Positions 10,836-21,100 of a stretch of DNA of 52,843 bases are shown here, piece after piece. The stretch's first letter is position 1. Each line of letters begins with the position of its first letter. The notes below the pieces were generated by a model, which was given only the letters and a program-made list of their open reading frames with translations, made no database searches and had not been told where the DNA came from. Both the position numbers and the translations under genes were made by a program. Source of the stretch: a virus (taxonomy: Duplodnaviria; Heunggongvirae; Uroviricota; Caudoviricetes); IMG/VR virus record IMGVR_UViG_3300017917_003366; one strand, given 5' to 3'.

Positions 10836-11810
10836 TTAAAAATCGATATCATCGATATTGGTTATGTCATCAATAGATGAATTGTTGGATACTCCTGCCT
10901 TTTGATATTCGGCAACTCTTTTTTCAAAGAAATTTGTTTTACCTTGAATCGCAATGTTCTCCATGAAATCAAATGGGTTAGATGAATTGTAAACCTTAGG
11001 TACACCTAATGAAACCAATAATCTATCGGTAACAAATTCCAAATATTGTGACATAAGGTCAGAGTTCATGCCAATTAAACGAACTGGTAGTGCCTCAAGG
11101 ATGAATTCCTTTTCGATTTCTAATGCCCCACAAATAATCTCTTTGATTTTAGCTTGTGTAAGTTTCTTTTGAATGTGATTGTTGTACAAATGACAAGCAA
11201 AATCACAGTGCATTCCCTCATCACGAGAAATAAGTTCATTTGAGAATGTCAATCCTGGCATTAAACCACGTTTTTTGAGCCAGAAAATAGAACAGAATGA
11301 GCCAGAAAAGAAAATACCTTCAACCGCAGCAAATGCAATAAGTCGTTCAACGAATGAGTCGGAGTTAATCCACTTGATTGCCCATTCCGCCTTCTTCTTG
11401 ATAGCCGGTACCGTCTCAATTGCGTTGAACAGAAGGTTTTGTTCTTCCTTGTCTTTAATATATGTATCAATCAATAATGAGTATGTCTCACTATGAATGT
11501 TCTCCATCATAATTTGGAATCCGTAGAACATTTTAGCTTCAGTATATTGAACTTCATTAACAAAGTTCATCGCCAAATTTTCATTCACGATACCATCAGA
11601 AGCCGCGAAAAACGCCAAAACGTGTTTTACGAAGTGTTGTTCATCTTCGTTTAATTTACTTTCCCAATCATTAATATCTTGGGCTAAGTCAATTTCTTCT
11701 GCGGTCCAAAAGCATGCTTCTTGTTGTTTGTAAAGTTTCCAAATATCGTGATGTTCGATTGGGAAGAGGACAAAACGTCCCGGATTTTCTTGTAAAATCT
11801 TTTCTTTCAT
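10836..11810 (-). CDS. nrdB: Class Ia ribonucleotide reductase small subunit
   Basis: [41 protein letters not shown] di-iron motifs and NFFEKRV. Confidence 0.97.
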   Translation of the reverse strand: MKEKILQENPGRFVLFPIEHHDIWKLYKQQEACFWTAEEIDLAQDINDWESKLNEDEQHFVKHVLAFFAASDGIVNENLAMNFVNEVQYTEAKMFYGFQIMMENIHSETYSLLIDTYIKDKEEQNLLFNAIETVPAIKKKAEWAIKWINSDSFVERLIAFAAVEGIFFSGSFCSIFWLKKRGLMPGLTFSNELISRDEGMHCDFACHLYNNHIQKKLTQAKIKEIICGALEIEKEFILEALPVRLIGMNSDLMSQYLEFVTDRLLVSLGVPKVYNSSNPFDFMENIAIQGKTNFFEKRVAEYQKAGVSNNSSIDDITNIDDIDF

Positions 11811-11829
11811 GTTCTAATAAAGTTTTTGA

Positions 11830-13203
11830 TTATCGATTTAACAGCTCTTGTCTTTTCTTAAACATCTCAGCTGCTCTGTTTGAATTTGTTTTGACTTTTT
11901 CCTCTTGGTGTCCAAGTAGGGTTGTTTGGGTTTCGGTGTCAATCACCAAGAACTTGTTGTCAAACTTACAGTTGTTCCAAATGATACCATCTTGACCAAT
12001 ACGTGATTTAAGTAGGGTCATTGTTGCCAAATTGTGTTCTTTCTGTTCGAGAGTTTTACCAACAGACAATACAACGTGTCCAATTTGAGCCTTTTTGATA
12101 GAACCACCCATTTGGTCAGTTGTAACAACTTCAGATGAGATTGATTCTCTGTTACCTTGAGTTGCCGTCCAAATAGCAATATCGAATTCTCCCGTCATTG
12201 CCTCCAAACTTCTCATAACAGAACCCTCACCTTTCCATTCTTCACCAAAATTACTTCTCTCAGGTGAAATACAATCGACATAATCGATTACTAATAAGTC
12301 CAATTTCTTACCATCAGAAAGATGTTTTCTGATTCTTGATTTGATTTCAGAAATGGTGATTGAATCACTTGGTAACTTAATAATGTTTAAGGAACCTTGA
12401 CTTGTTTGTTGAATTTCTTCAACCATTCTTTTAACTTCATCTTTTCTTTCAGGTTGTTCGTCTGGTTCAATACCAGTCCAAAGTGTGAAGTGTTTCTTTT
12501 TAATATTTGCGGGATTGTCTTCAAAAAAGATTTGAAGTACATTGAAATCGTGATTGTATGCCGTGTTAGAGAACAGGGTTAACAAAGTTGTTTTACCTGT
12601 CCCTGTTGGAGCCAACACCACTCCGAGTTCTCCTCTACCCAAACCACCTTTCAAAACATTATCAACACCGGTAATTCCTGTTGGAATTGCTTGTCGATTA
12701 TCTTTTTCAAGTGCCGAATCGATGTCGTGAAACACATCCATGGATTCTTCGGGAGGAAGACCAACTTGTAGAGCTTTTTGTATAATACCTTCAATTGTTG
12801 GGTACTCATGAAATGCTCCATTGTCGATAATAGAATTGATTTTCTTTAACTCCTTTCTAAGGTTTTGTTGTTTACAGAAATTCAACGCCTCATCTTTCAC
12901 TAATGAAGCATCCTGTGTGTTTTCTTTGATTGCTTCAAGAGTGTCCAAGTGGATTCTTGCACTTTCCGGTGACCCCATTTCCGAAGTTATTTTAAGTGCC
13001 AAACTATCATAGTTCGGAACTTTGGAATACTTCTTATAGTATTCTTTAATATGTTCAGAAATGAATTTAAAAGATACGTTATCAAAGTACTTGTTCTCGA
13101 TTACATCAATGATTTGTTCCCCATATTTTTTGTCCTCAATAATTGCTTTTAATAATGCTTGCTGGAATGATGTTCCGAGTGTTCCAAAGTTCTTTTCGCT
13201 CAT
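11830..13203 (-). CDS. Replicative helicase (DnaB / T4 gp41-like)
   Basis: GGLGRGELGVVLAPTGTGKT Walker A, VIDYVD Walker B, WTATQGNR, KSR arginine finger. Confidence 0.9.
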   Translation of the reverse strand: MSEKNFGTLGTSFQQALLKAIIEDKKYGEQIIDVIENKYFDNVSFKFISEHIKEYYKKYSKVPNYDSLALKITSEMGSPESARIHLDTLEAIKENTQDASLVKDEALNFCKQQNLRKELKKINSIIDNGAFHEYPTIEGIIQKALQVGLPPEESMDVFHDIDSALEKDNRQAIPTGITGVDNVLKGGLGRGELGVVLAPTGTGKTTLLTLFSNTAYNHDFNVLQIFFEDNPANIKKKHFTLWTGIEPDEQPERKDEVKRMVEEIQQTSQGSLNIIKLPSDSITISEIKSRIRKHLSDGKKLDLLVIDYVDCISPERSNFGEEWKGEGSVMRSLEAMTGEFDIAIWTATQGNRESISSEVVTTDQMGGSIKKAQIGHVVLSVGKTLEQKEHNLATMTLLKSRIGQDGIIWNNCKFDNKFLVIDTETQTTLLGHQEEKVKTNSNRAAEMFKKRQELLNR

Positions 13204-13221
13204 TGTTTTATTTTTTGTTTA

Positions 13222-13665
13222 TTATAGTTGATAAGTTAAATAAGTTGTTTCCAAATCCCTAGAAGATAAAATAGCAGTAAGGTCCGCCAAATATCTTTTC
13301 AGGTGGGGACGAATGTCTACCGTATACCTCACCTTTGGATGGAAGAAGTATGCGGGAAACTGTCTTTGAATAAATACATCGTCTCCTATCTTAATTTCGA
13401 GCAAAAAGTTTTCTTTTTCCACGTCTTCGTTAGGTTCTGCACTGTCCAAACCGTAAAAATAATCACGATTTTCATTTAGATAATCCAAAGTTTTTGATTT
13501 CAAATCATACTCGATTTCTTCACAAATATTTTTTACATAGTAGTGCATGTCTAGCGAGCGACGAGATTTTGGGTTGTGTCCTTTTACGTTAAAATAACGT
13601 TGTACGACGATGTTTCCTTCAAGAGTTAAAAGGAATTCAAATTTAGTTAAATCTTGATTAGTCAT
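13222..13665 (-). CDS. Hypothetical protein in replication cassette, 147 aa
   Basis: Overlaps the exonuclease stop by 8 nt; no recognised motif. Confidence 0.75.
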   Translation of the reverse strand: MTNQDLTKFEFLLTLEGNIVVQRYFNVKGHNPKSRRSLDMHYYVKNICEEIEYDLKSKTLDYLNENRDYFYGLDSAEPNEDVEKENFLLEIKIGDDVFIQRQFPAYFFHPKVRYTVDIRPHLKRYLADLTAILSSRDLETTYLTYQL

Positions 13666-14680
13666 TGGTTTTAATTTTAATGATTTTTTTATTTTTTTCT
13701 TTTCTGGTTAATCTGAGGAATGGATTTAGGAAATTAATCCAAGCGTCATCTGATTTAGGGAGTAGGAGAAAAATTCCGTCCTCCATCATCATCTTCATAG
13801 TATTCTTGTATGAACGTCCTTCGGGGTCAAGAGGGTCGGTTATTAAAGAGTTTATTGCCCCCTTCGCCTCGTCTGTTAAGAATGGGTCATCAAGACTTAC
13901 AATTCGATTGTTAACATCAAAAAACTCTTCACCTAAAACCCCATATTTGGTCACTCCCGTGAGCAAATTGGTTACGAGACGATTATCCTTATCTTCTTCG
14001 AAAAGGTTGTTAAAACGTTCTCTAATGAATTCTAATGTGATTGCTTCGGTCCTTAGTTCAGGTACCATTGTGAGTAATCTTCTAACACCTAAGTTTTTGA
14101 TACCTGCGATGTTGTCAGATGGGTCACCACATAACATTTTGACCAATTTGATGTTTTCTATTCGTATCTCTTCATGGTCATATACAAACATATCATTTGG
14201 TTGATACATTTTACTATGTGAAGGGTTGAATAATCTTGTGTTTTCTGAAACAAGTTGGGTGAGGTCACCGTCGGATGAATATATGATGATATTCTCTTTT
14301 GGTGAGTTTTGTGAGTAGTATGCAATCGAATCATCGGTTTCACAATAATCATACTCACCCTGTCTAACGAACAACTCCTCAAGGTACTGTTTTACCCTAT
14401 TTCGTTGTTGTCCGTATGCGTGAACCTGTTCTTCGGTTCTAACTCGTTCTCTTCTATTTTCTTTATATTGATGGTAGTATCTCTTGCGAGATGAGGAACC
14501 TTCTTTTCCATCCCAAAAAACAACGACTTTGTCTAATCTGTGGACCTCAATCGACCTGCGTAGGGTATTGATAAAGTGGTATAACCCACCAATGTGATTA
14601 CCCTTATGAAAGTGATTTTTAAGTCCAAAAAAACCAATGGTCAATAAGTTGTCTCCATCGACCAATAAAACATTAGACAT
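13658..14680 (-). CDS. 5'-3' exonuclease / flap endonuclease (T4 RNase H, Pol I N-terminal-like)
   Basis: LLVDGDNL, VFWDG, YKENR, ETDD, SSDGDLTQL and the GDPSDNIAGIKNLG H3TH motif. Confidence 0.92.
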   Translation of the reverse strand: MSNVLLVDGDNLLTIGFFGLKNHFHKGNHIGGLYHFINTLRRSIEVHRLDKVVVFWDGKEGSSSRKRYYHQYKENRRERVRTEEQVHAYGQQRNRVKQYLEELFVRQGEYDYCETDDSIAYYSQNSPKENIIIYSSDGDLTQLVSENTRLFNPSHSKMYQPNDMFVYDHEEIRIENIKLVKMLCGDPSDNIAGIKNLGVRRLLTMVPELRTEAITLEFIRERFNNLFEEDKDNRLVTNLLTGVTKYGVLGEEFFDVNNRIVSLDDPFLTDEAKGAINSLITDPLDPEGRSYKNTMKMMMEDGIFLLLPKSDDAWINFLNPFLRLTRKEKNKKIIKIKTND

Positions 14681-14709
14681 TGCGTCTTTTACTATTATTT
14701 GTTAAACAA

Positions 14710-15741
14710 TCAATCTTCTGTGTCTTCGTCAGGTATTGGTTCGAACTTGATGTCAGTTACACTCGACACTGTCTCTCCAAATAATTTACTGATATAATCA
14801 AGGTGTTCTTTGATGTAAAGTTCTCTTGATACCTTTTCTTCTGCCGGCTCTTTTGCCTTCATAAAACCATGAGGTGTAACCATAATCTTACCGTCACCAA
14901 ATTGAATACCGTTAACGTGATTTTTCATAACGGTAATCTTACTTCTTGTTGCGATAGTAATGGTTCTCTTATTCCTTGTGATTGGAATTTTGGTGGTTCC
15001 TGCATTTTTCTCGTTACCGAAACGGAATACCAATGTTGAGTTCAACCATACTGATTCACCACCTTTTGCTTTAATTTTCGGTTGTTCGTATGGGTTACTT
15101 GGTAATTCTACCCATGGTTGGTTTACAATTACAAGTGTATTTGTATGAGGTTTATCAGACCTTCTTGAACCTGAGATACGTTGGTTGATACCCATACCAA
15201 TTTTATCTGATAGTACAGATGCGTTGTGTTGTTTACCACCTTTACCTTCCCATGTCATCTTACAAGGTACTGAACCAACTGAATCCCATAAGAACAATAA
15301 ATCATAAGGGATGTCACCCTTTTCTTGTGCATCAATCATTTCATTGATGAAATCTGTGATTTGTTCGATGTATTCAAAATCATTTCTGAAGATGAAGTCG
15401 CCTGTAAATGTAATTTCACCTGTTGATGGGTCAACTTCTTCTTGTACAGGAATACCCATAATATTTGCGTGGTCAAACGCAAACTTTTGTTCAGTAATAA
15501 TGAACACAGGTAGGATTCCCTTTTTGATTGCATCTGCCGCCGCTGATAATAATGCAGTTGTTTTACCCGTATCTGAGTGACCTAAGAACATATTGATATG
15601 TCCAAGAGCAGGACCCGGTAAACCCGTTGCATCCAAAAACGCATCACCCAAATCCAAAAACCTATCAGGTTTGTAGGTCATTTTACTTGAGTACTTGGAT
15701 GTTATACTCGAAATTGAAAAATCTTTTTTCTTAATTGCCAT
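14710..15741 (-). CDS. uvsX: RecA/UvsX-like recombinase
   Basis: GHSDTGKTT Walker A, ITEQK catalytic Glu, LWDSVG Walker B, VNQ, KGGE, VMKNH. Confidence 0.85.
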   Translation of the reverse strand: MAIKKKDFSISSITSKYSSKMTYKPDRFLDLGDAFLDATGLPGPALGHINMFLGHSDTGKTTALLSAAADAIKKGILPVFIITEQKFAFDHANIMGIPVQEEVDPSTGEITFTGDFIFRNDFEYIEQITDFINEMIDAQEKGDIPYDLLFLWDSVGSVPCKMTWEGKGGKQHNASVLSDKIGMGINQRISGSRRSDKPHTNTLVIVNQPWVELPSNPYEQPKIKAKGGESVWLNSTLVFRFGNEKNAGTTKIPITRNKRTITIATRSKITVMKNHVNGIQFGDGKIMVTPHGFMKAKEPAEEKVSRELYIKEHLDYISKLFGETVSSVTDIKFEPIPDEDTED

Positions 15742-15754
15742 ATTGATATTTTTT

Positions 15755-15803
15755 AAAAAGGAACACCCTCAAGGACAAAATGTCCAAGAGAGTGTCCTTG
15801 AGG
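15755..15803 (-). terminator. Terminator/attenuator-like structure between SSB and recombinase genes
   Basis: Long imperfect hairpin followed by TTTTT on the minus strand; an alternative 11-bp pairing is also possible. Confidence 0.6.
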
Positions 15804-15807
15804 TTTT

Positions 15808-16665
15808 TTAGAACGGTAAATCGTCATCAGTTTCTGCGTCGTCCTGAGGGTCAACCACAGGAGTAGCGGGTGAAACATTAGCCGGAGGTGGCATCAATGT
15901 GGTTTCTTCTTCTGAATTAGAAACCCATTTTTTGTTTTCTGAATCCCATTTAGGAACTTCACCTTTGGCAATCATTTCCAAGTACTCTTCAGGTTTTTTG
16001 GAATAAACATCAGCCCAAGTCAATTCATCATTAACCCATGATTGTGCGACACTACTATCTGTATGTAGTGGAGACGCATCTTCAGGGATGATAGATGTGA
16101 TTGTGGTATACTCACGACCATTACCTGCTTTGGTTAAACCCAAAGTGATAATAAGGTCACGACCTGTGTTCATTTCCGTGATGTCACCTTTGTTTTTGAA
16201 AAGTGGGAAGATTTTGTCAAGGATTCCTTCTCCTTTACTGTTGTGTTTAAAACGCCAGAACTTCACTCCGTCCTGTTCGTTTTCTCTATCAATAACTTTT
16301 ACAATGTAGAACTTACGAGCTCTGTATTGACGAGCAAGAACCTTATCTGATTCCAAACCTGTCATCATAAGTGCGTCATATACCTCGTTTAAAGGTGAAC
16401 GCTTTCCTTCTTGCTTAGGGTCGTATAGTTTAACCCAATTTCCATCTACCTGTACTTCATGGTAATAAACTTCCTTAAAAGGAGAACCACCATCAGTTGT
16501 AGGGAGGATACGAATACGTTTTTCACCACTACGTGCACCTTTTGGTAAAAGGGTGGTGAAGTATTTCTTTAATCGGTCTTCTTGCGAAACCTTGTTTGCA
16601 TTGTTGCCGCCAGCGGCTTGTTTGTTTTTTTCGTACTGAGCCAGTACTGCATCAAATGTTGACAT
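15808..16665 (-). CDS. Single-stranded DNA-binding protein (T4 gp32-like)
   Basis: KRIRILP...PFKEVYYH, GRDLIIT and acidic tail ending DDDLPF; first gene of the replication cassette. Confidence 0.8.
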   Translation of the reverse strand: MSTFDAVLAQYEKNKQAAGGNNANKVSQEDRLKKYFTTLLPKGARSGEKRIRILPTTDGGSPFKEVYYHEVQVDGNWVKLYDPKQEGKRSPLNEVYDALMMTGLESDKVLARQYRARKFYIVKVIDRENEQDGVKFWRFKHNSKGEGILDKIFPLFKNKGDITEMNTGRDLIITLGLTKAGNGREYTTITSIIPEDASPLHTDSSVAQSWVNDELTWADVYSKKPEEYLEMIAKGEVPKWDSENKKWVSNSEEETTLMPPPANVSPATPVVDPQDDAETDDDLPF

Positions 16666-16702
16666 AAATCTTAATTTTAAGTTGTTATAAGTAAAGTATA
16701 AG

Positions 16703-16730
16703 AAAAAAAAACCGGATTACAAAATCCGGT
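16703..16730 (-). terminator. Intrinsic terminator after Dps-like gene
   Basis: ACCGGATT/AATCCGGT inverted repeat, followed by a long T run on the minus strand. Confidence 0.8.
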
Positions 16731-16762
16731 CTTAAAGTTTTTCAAAAATGTTTTGTGGAGTA

Positions 16763-17137
16763 TTACTCTAATGTAAGAAGATACAAAAGTTTATTCAATA
16801 AACCAAGCATCTCGTCTTTTAAATTTAAAAGGTCAGTATCTCTTTTAGGGTCTAAGTCTTCTGAAAACTCAACTAATGCATCAACACAAACCGAAATCAT
16901 ATCTTTCGGGTTCATATCTGATAAATTTATAAGTTTTATATTATTTGTTTCTTCATCTAAAACAAACCTTCCGTATTTTCCCATTGCGACTTCAACAAAT
17001 TCATCTATTAAATCTGTTAAATCACCATAAGCATTACCAAATGCTTCGTGACGGGCAACTCCTTTAGTTTGCCAATGATTAATCTTTAATTGAAGATGTA
17101 AACCTAATAAGAAGTTTACTTTAGAAGCTAAATTCAT
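16763..17137 (-). CDS. Dps/ferritin-like four-helix-bundle protein
   Basis: HWQTKG..RHEAFG..Y..L..LIDEFVE pattern resembling Dps ferroxidase ligands. Confidence 0.7.
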   Translation of the reverse strand: MNLASKVNFLLGLHLQLKINHWQTKGVARHEAFGNAYGDLTDLIDEFVEVAMGKYGRFVLDEETNNIKLINLSDMNPKDMISVCVDALVEFSEDLDPKRDTDLLNLKDEMLGLLNKLLYLLTLE

Positions 17138-17759
17138 CTTGTTCTTCGTTTGGGTTGAACGTGTCTCTTATTGTTTCTTGTGAATAATTTTGAATGTCGT
17201 CTTTTGTTAAAACATACTCATTCTTACCACTTGCTCTCATCTCACCTTGTTTTTGTGCGAAGAACTGTTGTGGGTTTTGGTTAAATGGGTATGAATCCAA
17301 TGAACGCATTTGTAATCTTTCTTCAGGACTTGGTTCTTTAACTTGTTCGATTTTATTACCTAACTCGTCAATTTTAGCCATTACCATATCCATGTTAGCC
17401 AATTTCTGTTCCAAATCATTCAATTTGGTGAAGACATCATCCATTTTAGTTATTACTCCTTGGTGTTCACTCTTAGAATCGTCAAGGTCGTTCTTAATAG
17501 ATTTGGTCATATTAACTAAATCTGTGATATCCAATTCTTCGGTATCAGATTCTGCCGGTGCTTCAGGTGCCGGTGCTCCCATTTCAGGTGCCGCTCCTTC
17601 TGCCGGTGGTGGTAATTCACCTGCCGGTGCTTCCATTCCCGGTTCAGCCGGTGCTTCGGGTGATGGAGGTAATTCCTGCTCGTTCATAAGTTTTCTTGCG
17701 TACTTATTGATTTGATTAAATCGAGCAACCTCTTCTAAAAGTTTGTTTTCCAATTCCAT
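17121..17759 (-). CDS. Acidic Pro/Ala-rich protein with coiled coil, 212 aa (possible internal head or scaffold-like)
   Basis: Low-complexity PAPE region, then a heptad region; in an operon behind a TATTTATA motif. Confidence 0.6.
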   Translation of the reverse strand: MELENKLLEEVARFNQINKYARKLMNEQELPPSPEAPAEPGMEAPAGELPPPAEGAAPEMGAPAPEAPAESDTEELDITDLVNMTKSIKNDLDDSKSEHQGVITKMDDVFTKLNDLEQKLANMDMVMAKIDELGNKIEQVKEPSPEERLQMRSLDSYPFNQNPQQFFAQKQGEMRASGKNEYVLTKDDIQNYSQETIRDTFNPNEEQDEFSF

Positions 17760-17763
17760 AGTA

Positions 17764-17967
17764 TTAATCTTGTAATAATTGTCTTCCGTCTTCGGTTATG
17801 AATTTTTTATTGATTCTTTCAACAATACCATCCTTACTTCTGATGATATAACATTCACCAGTTTTAAGGTCACACTCTTCTCTCTCCATACCATCGTTAG
17901 AAACGTTTCTTACGTTCTTCGGTGCCATGTAGTTGTTAAGAGCACTATTTAATTTTTCGTTGTTCAT
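17764..17967 (-). CDS. Small hypothetical late protein, 67 aa (MNNEKL...ITEDGRQLLQD)
   Basis: Start moved to the ATG at 17967 because TATTTATA lies 12 nt upstream and the longer start overlaps another ORF. Confidence 0.7.
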   Translation of the reverse strand: MNNEKLNSALNNYMAPKNVRNVSNDGMEREECDLKTGECYIIRSKDGIVERINKKFITEDGRQLLQD

Positions 17968-17978
17968 AGTATTTTCTT

Positions 17979-18176
17979 TTATAAATATCCAAGAAATGGT
18001 AAAATCCATGAAAAAACCACCGCTCTTATCAATAAATAACTCAAACAAGAAATATTCAACTGCCACATAATCATGGTTATTTCATCAACAATACTTTCTA
18101 TTGGGTTTTTTCTTACATAGAAGTATCTAAAAAGAACTACCCACATTGAAATAGTTAGAAATGCGGTCAATGTCAT
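17979..18176 (-). CDS. Small two-TM membrane protein, 65 aa (holin-like candidate)
   Basis: ATGA overlap with the hub gene stop; two hydrophobic segments around a charged loop. Confidence 0.55.
   Translation of the reverse strand: MTLTAFLTISMWVVLFRYFYVRKNPIESIVDEITMIMWQLNISCLSYLLIRAVVFSWILPFLGYL
17980..17987 (-). promoter_or_regulatory. Putative late promoter motif TATTTATA
   Basis: 12 nt upstream of the ATG at 17967. Confidence 0.6.
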
Positions 18177-21100
18177 GACATTTTGAAGTATATCACTTCA
18201 CCTTCATGAATACCTAATTCTGACATTAAAGCCGGTGACATACCCATACCATACCCATCTACTTTTGGTCCAACAGAAATTGGTCCCTGTACCGTAATAG
18301 GTCCGAGATTGACATCTAATTGGTAATTAGGGTTAAGTGTCAACGTTTTATTATTCTTAGGGTTTTTAAATGTTGTTTTTGCGGTTCTAACCTTAGCCGC
18401 GTTTGCGGTACCAAGTTGGAACTTAGTATTATAGAACTTCATATTTGAACCACTAACATCACCCCATTTAACTCCTTCAGCAATATTAAATGTCGTACCA
18501 CTTTCAATTGGGTATTTTTCTCCACCCATTTTAACCACAATTGCTCTTAACCAAGTATCACCATTATCCACTTTTTGAATTGCGGGTTCATTATTGTATC
18601 CGTTATATGGTACACCAAATTCGGTTATACCCACCTTTGGTGTTGTTTTAGTAATCTCTTCACCCGGTACAGAAACTGAACCCATATCGGTGATATAAGA
18701 TACACCATCGTAAACAACAGGTTTTTGTGTACCTGTTTTCGTTGACTCTTGTTGTTTAAGTATCGCCTTAGCTTTACTTGTCATTTTATCAAATAGTACA
18801 CGGTAACTCGCAATAAAGGAATCTTTAGGGTCAGGTAATGACGTGTATGGAATTCTTGTACCAACAAATGAGGTATTAATCACATTACCCTTGATTGAAT
18901 GACTTACTTCAGTAATCCAATATGTTCCCTTAAACATCGGGATGTTTTTCAAATAGAAATACATCGTAGGTTGAATCATTACGTTACCCATACAAGATAT
19001 TTCACATCTGTACGATGCTTGTTTGTAATAATCGAATAAACTAACGTCAACATTATACGCTCCCGCACCTGATTCAGACCTCGCCAAGTTTTCTAAAACC
19101 ACAAACGATTCTGATGTGTTCTTTAATGTCGATTGGTCAAGTTGTATCCCTTTGAAGATACCTTGGTTTTGGTCACCAAAACTCACTTCAAACGCAACTA
19201 CCTTATTCGATTTACTTAAATCATTCACTGAGAATCCTTCAAGTGAAGTAATCACCAAAGGATTATTATTAACACTTCCAATATAGAAACTATCATCCGC
19301 AAACTTATATTCCTTACTATTTGACATATCAGGACGTTTAGATGAATTACCAACTAATTGAATGATGATTTTTGGAGACGATTCTTGGTAATCAACTTCG
19401 AGGAATGTTCCAAATAGATTTTTCGCAACTGATTTTGAAGGTGCAATCTTACTCTTGGTTCTAAGATTAGTTCCATAGAAATTAACATATGCCGGAAGAG
19501 CTCTCATATCGAGACCTGTTCCCTGTATCAACATAGAAATTGCTCCGTATAAATTTTGATTAGAGTTCTTTGGATTTAGTAATGGTAGAATTTTATCGAT
19601 GTTTAAGAAAAACTTATCACCAATATCTCTATTTGCCTTATCCAAGAATAAGAACTCCTCAAGTAATAATCTTTGTCCTATTGAATTACCGGCAGTCCAC
19701 TTATCATTAAATGATTTGAGTGTATTATAAACCTCTAATTTAGTTTGGTCGGTATTATAACCCCTGTAAAGTCTGATTTGTGAACTTTCGTTATTTTGTT
19801 TTACACCGGTTTCTGAACTTATTTTCTTTAATAATTGTGTTAAGAAATACTTTAATCTTTGGTCAGAACCTGCCGCATGAATACCATTAGTATTACCTTG
19901 AAATATTGAGGTTCTAAGATATTCTTTAAACGCAACTTTTGTGTTCGTACCACCCGCTTTTCTATATCCACCATAAATCTGAGCCATTGGTCGGTACCTA
20001 ATGATATTCTCTTCATTAAGTTTTATATCGTTAATTGAAAAGAAGTTTTGGTAATATCCATCAATATCCTCACCAATATAAAGTTTAATTAAACCTAAAT
20101 TGGTTGAAGTAACGTCAGCCACATCAAATGGTTGTTCATTATATAGTGAAATAGGTGACGGTAATCCCATACCATAGAATGTGTATGGGTCAATCTCTTT
20201 TGGATTTGCCAAAGTAAATTTAATTAGGTTTTCACTGTTCAATAAATTTGATGTGATAACCTCCATTTTATTTGACTGTCTCGTTTTTAAAGTATTCAAT
20301 AATATATCTGAACCGATAAAATCAGATGTTTCTTTTTTAACAGTTGAGATATCTTTTAATAAATCTTGGAATTTTGGATACCTCACATTTGTGAATGTTT
20401 GGTATGGAACTTCATCATTTCCTTTTTCTGATGCAAAATCCAAGAACATTTCTTCAAACGCTTCCAATATCTTCGGACTGAATGTTCCAATTAAATCAAT
20501 TACTTTTCTATAATTTGTGTCAATTGAATATACATTATCGGTTGTTGAACCTGATACGTAGTTTCTTGGGTATTCACTGTGAGACGCGAATGTTCTGCCA
20601 GAGAATTCTGATGTTATACTCTCATCCTTCCATAAACTTCTAAAGTTGTATTGTCTCGCAAAATCTATAGTTTCGGTATTTTTATTTACTAAATCAGAAC
20701 TGTTAAAACCATTAGAAGGTAATAGAGTATAATATAAATCCGTAGGGATGTATTGTGAATTATCAACAAAGACACTCCAATAGTTATTATTCTTTACTTC
20801 TTTTTTGTGTATAATCTTGTTTGTTGCCGTTTGTGCACTGTATGATGTGTTACCCGACATAACTGTGTAATGATTATAACCATTAACAATCTGATGATAC
20901 AATGCTTGATAGAATGGTGCAACACCAACATCAGTTGCATTTGTTAATGTGGTTGCACTAACTGTGAAGCCAGTATATGTTGTTCCTGTGTATCCACCAT
21001 CAAATAGGGTTGAACCTGTAATTCCTTGAGTAGTATTCGCAATGTTTACAAACCCATCAAGTATATCATCACCTGTGGTTATCTGTTTTTTGTAACGATG

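Noticed and set aside
8393-11810. Eukaryotic or NCLDV origin suggested by eukaryote-like RNR and PolB
   Set aside because: Sheath, tube and baseplate genes, intrinsic terminators and coupled operons indicate a tailed bacteriophage; this RNR subtype also occurs in Bacteroidota.
13665-14204. Antisense ORFs in the track (e.g. 13665-14204, 17194-17715, 29254-30099)
   Set aside because: They lie fully opposite well-supported genes and have typical shadow-ORF composition.
16692-16723. Host-type promoter for the SSB cassette (TTTG...TATACTTTA)
   Set aside because: It is only a weak match to TAnnTTTG and overlaps the terminator; plausible but not supportable.
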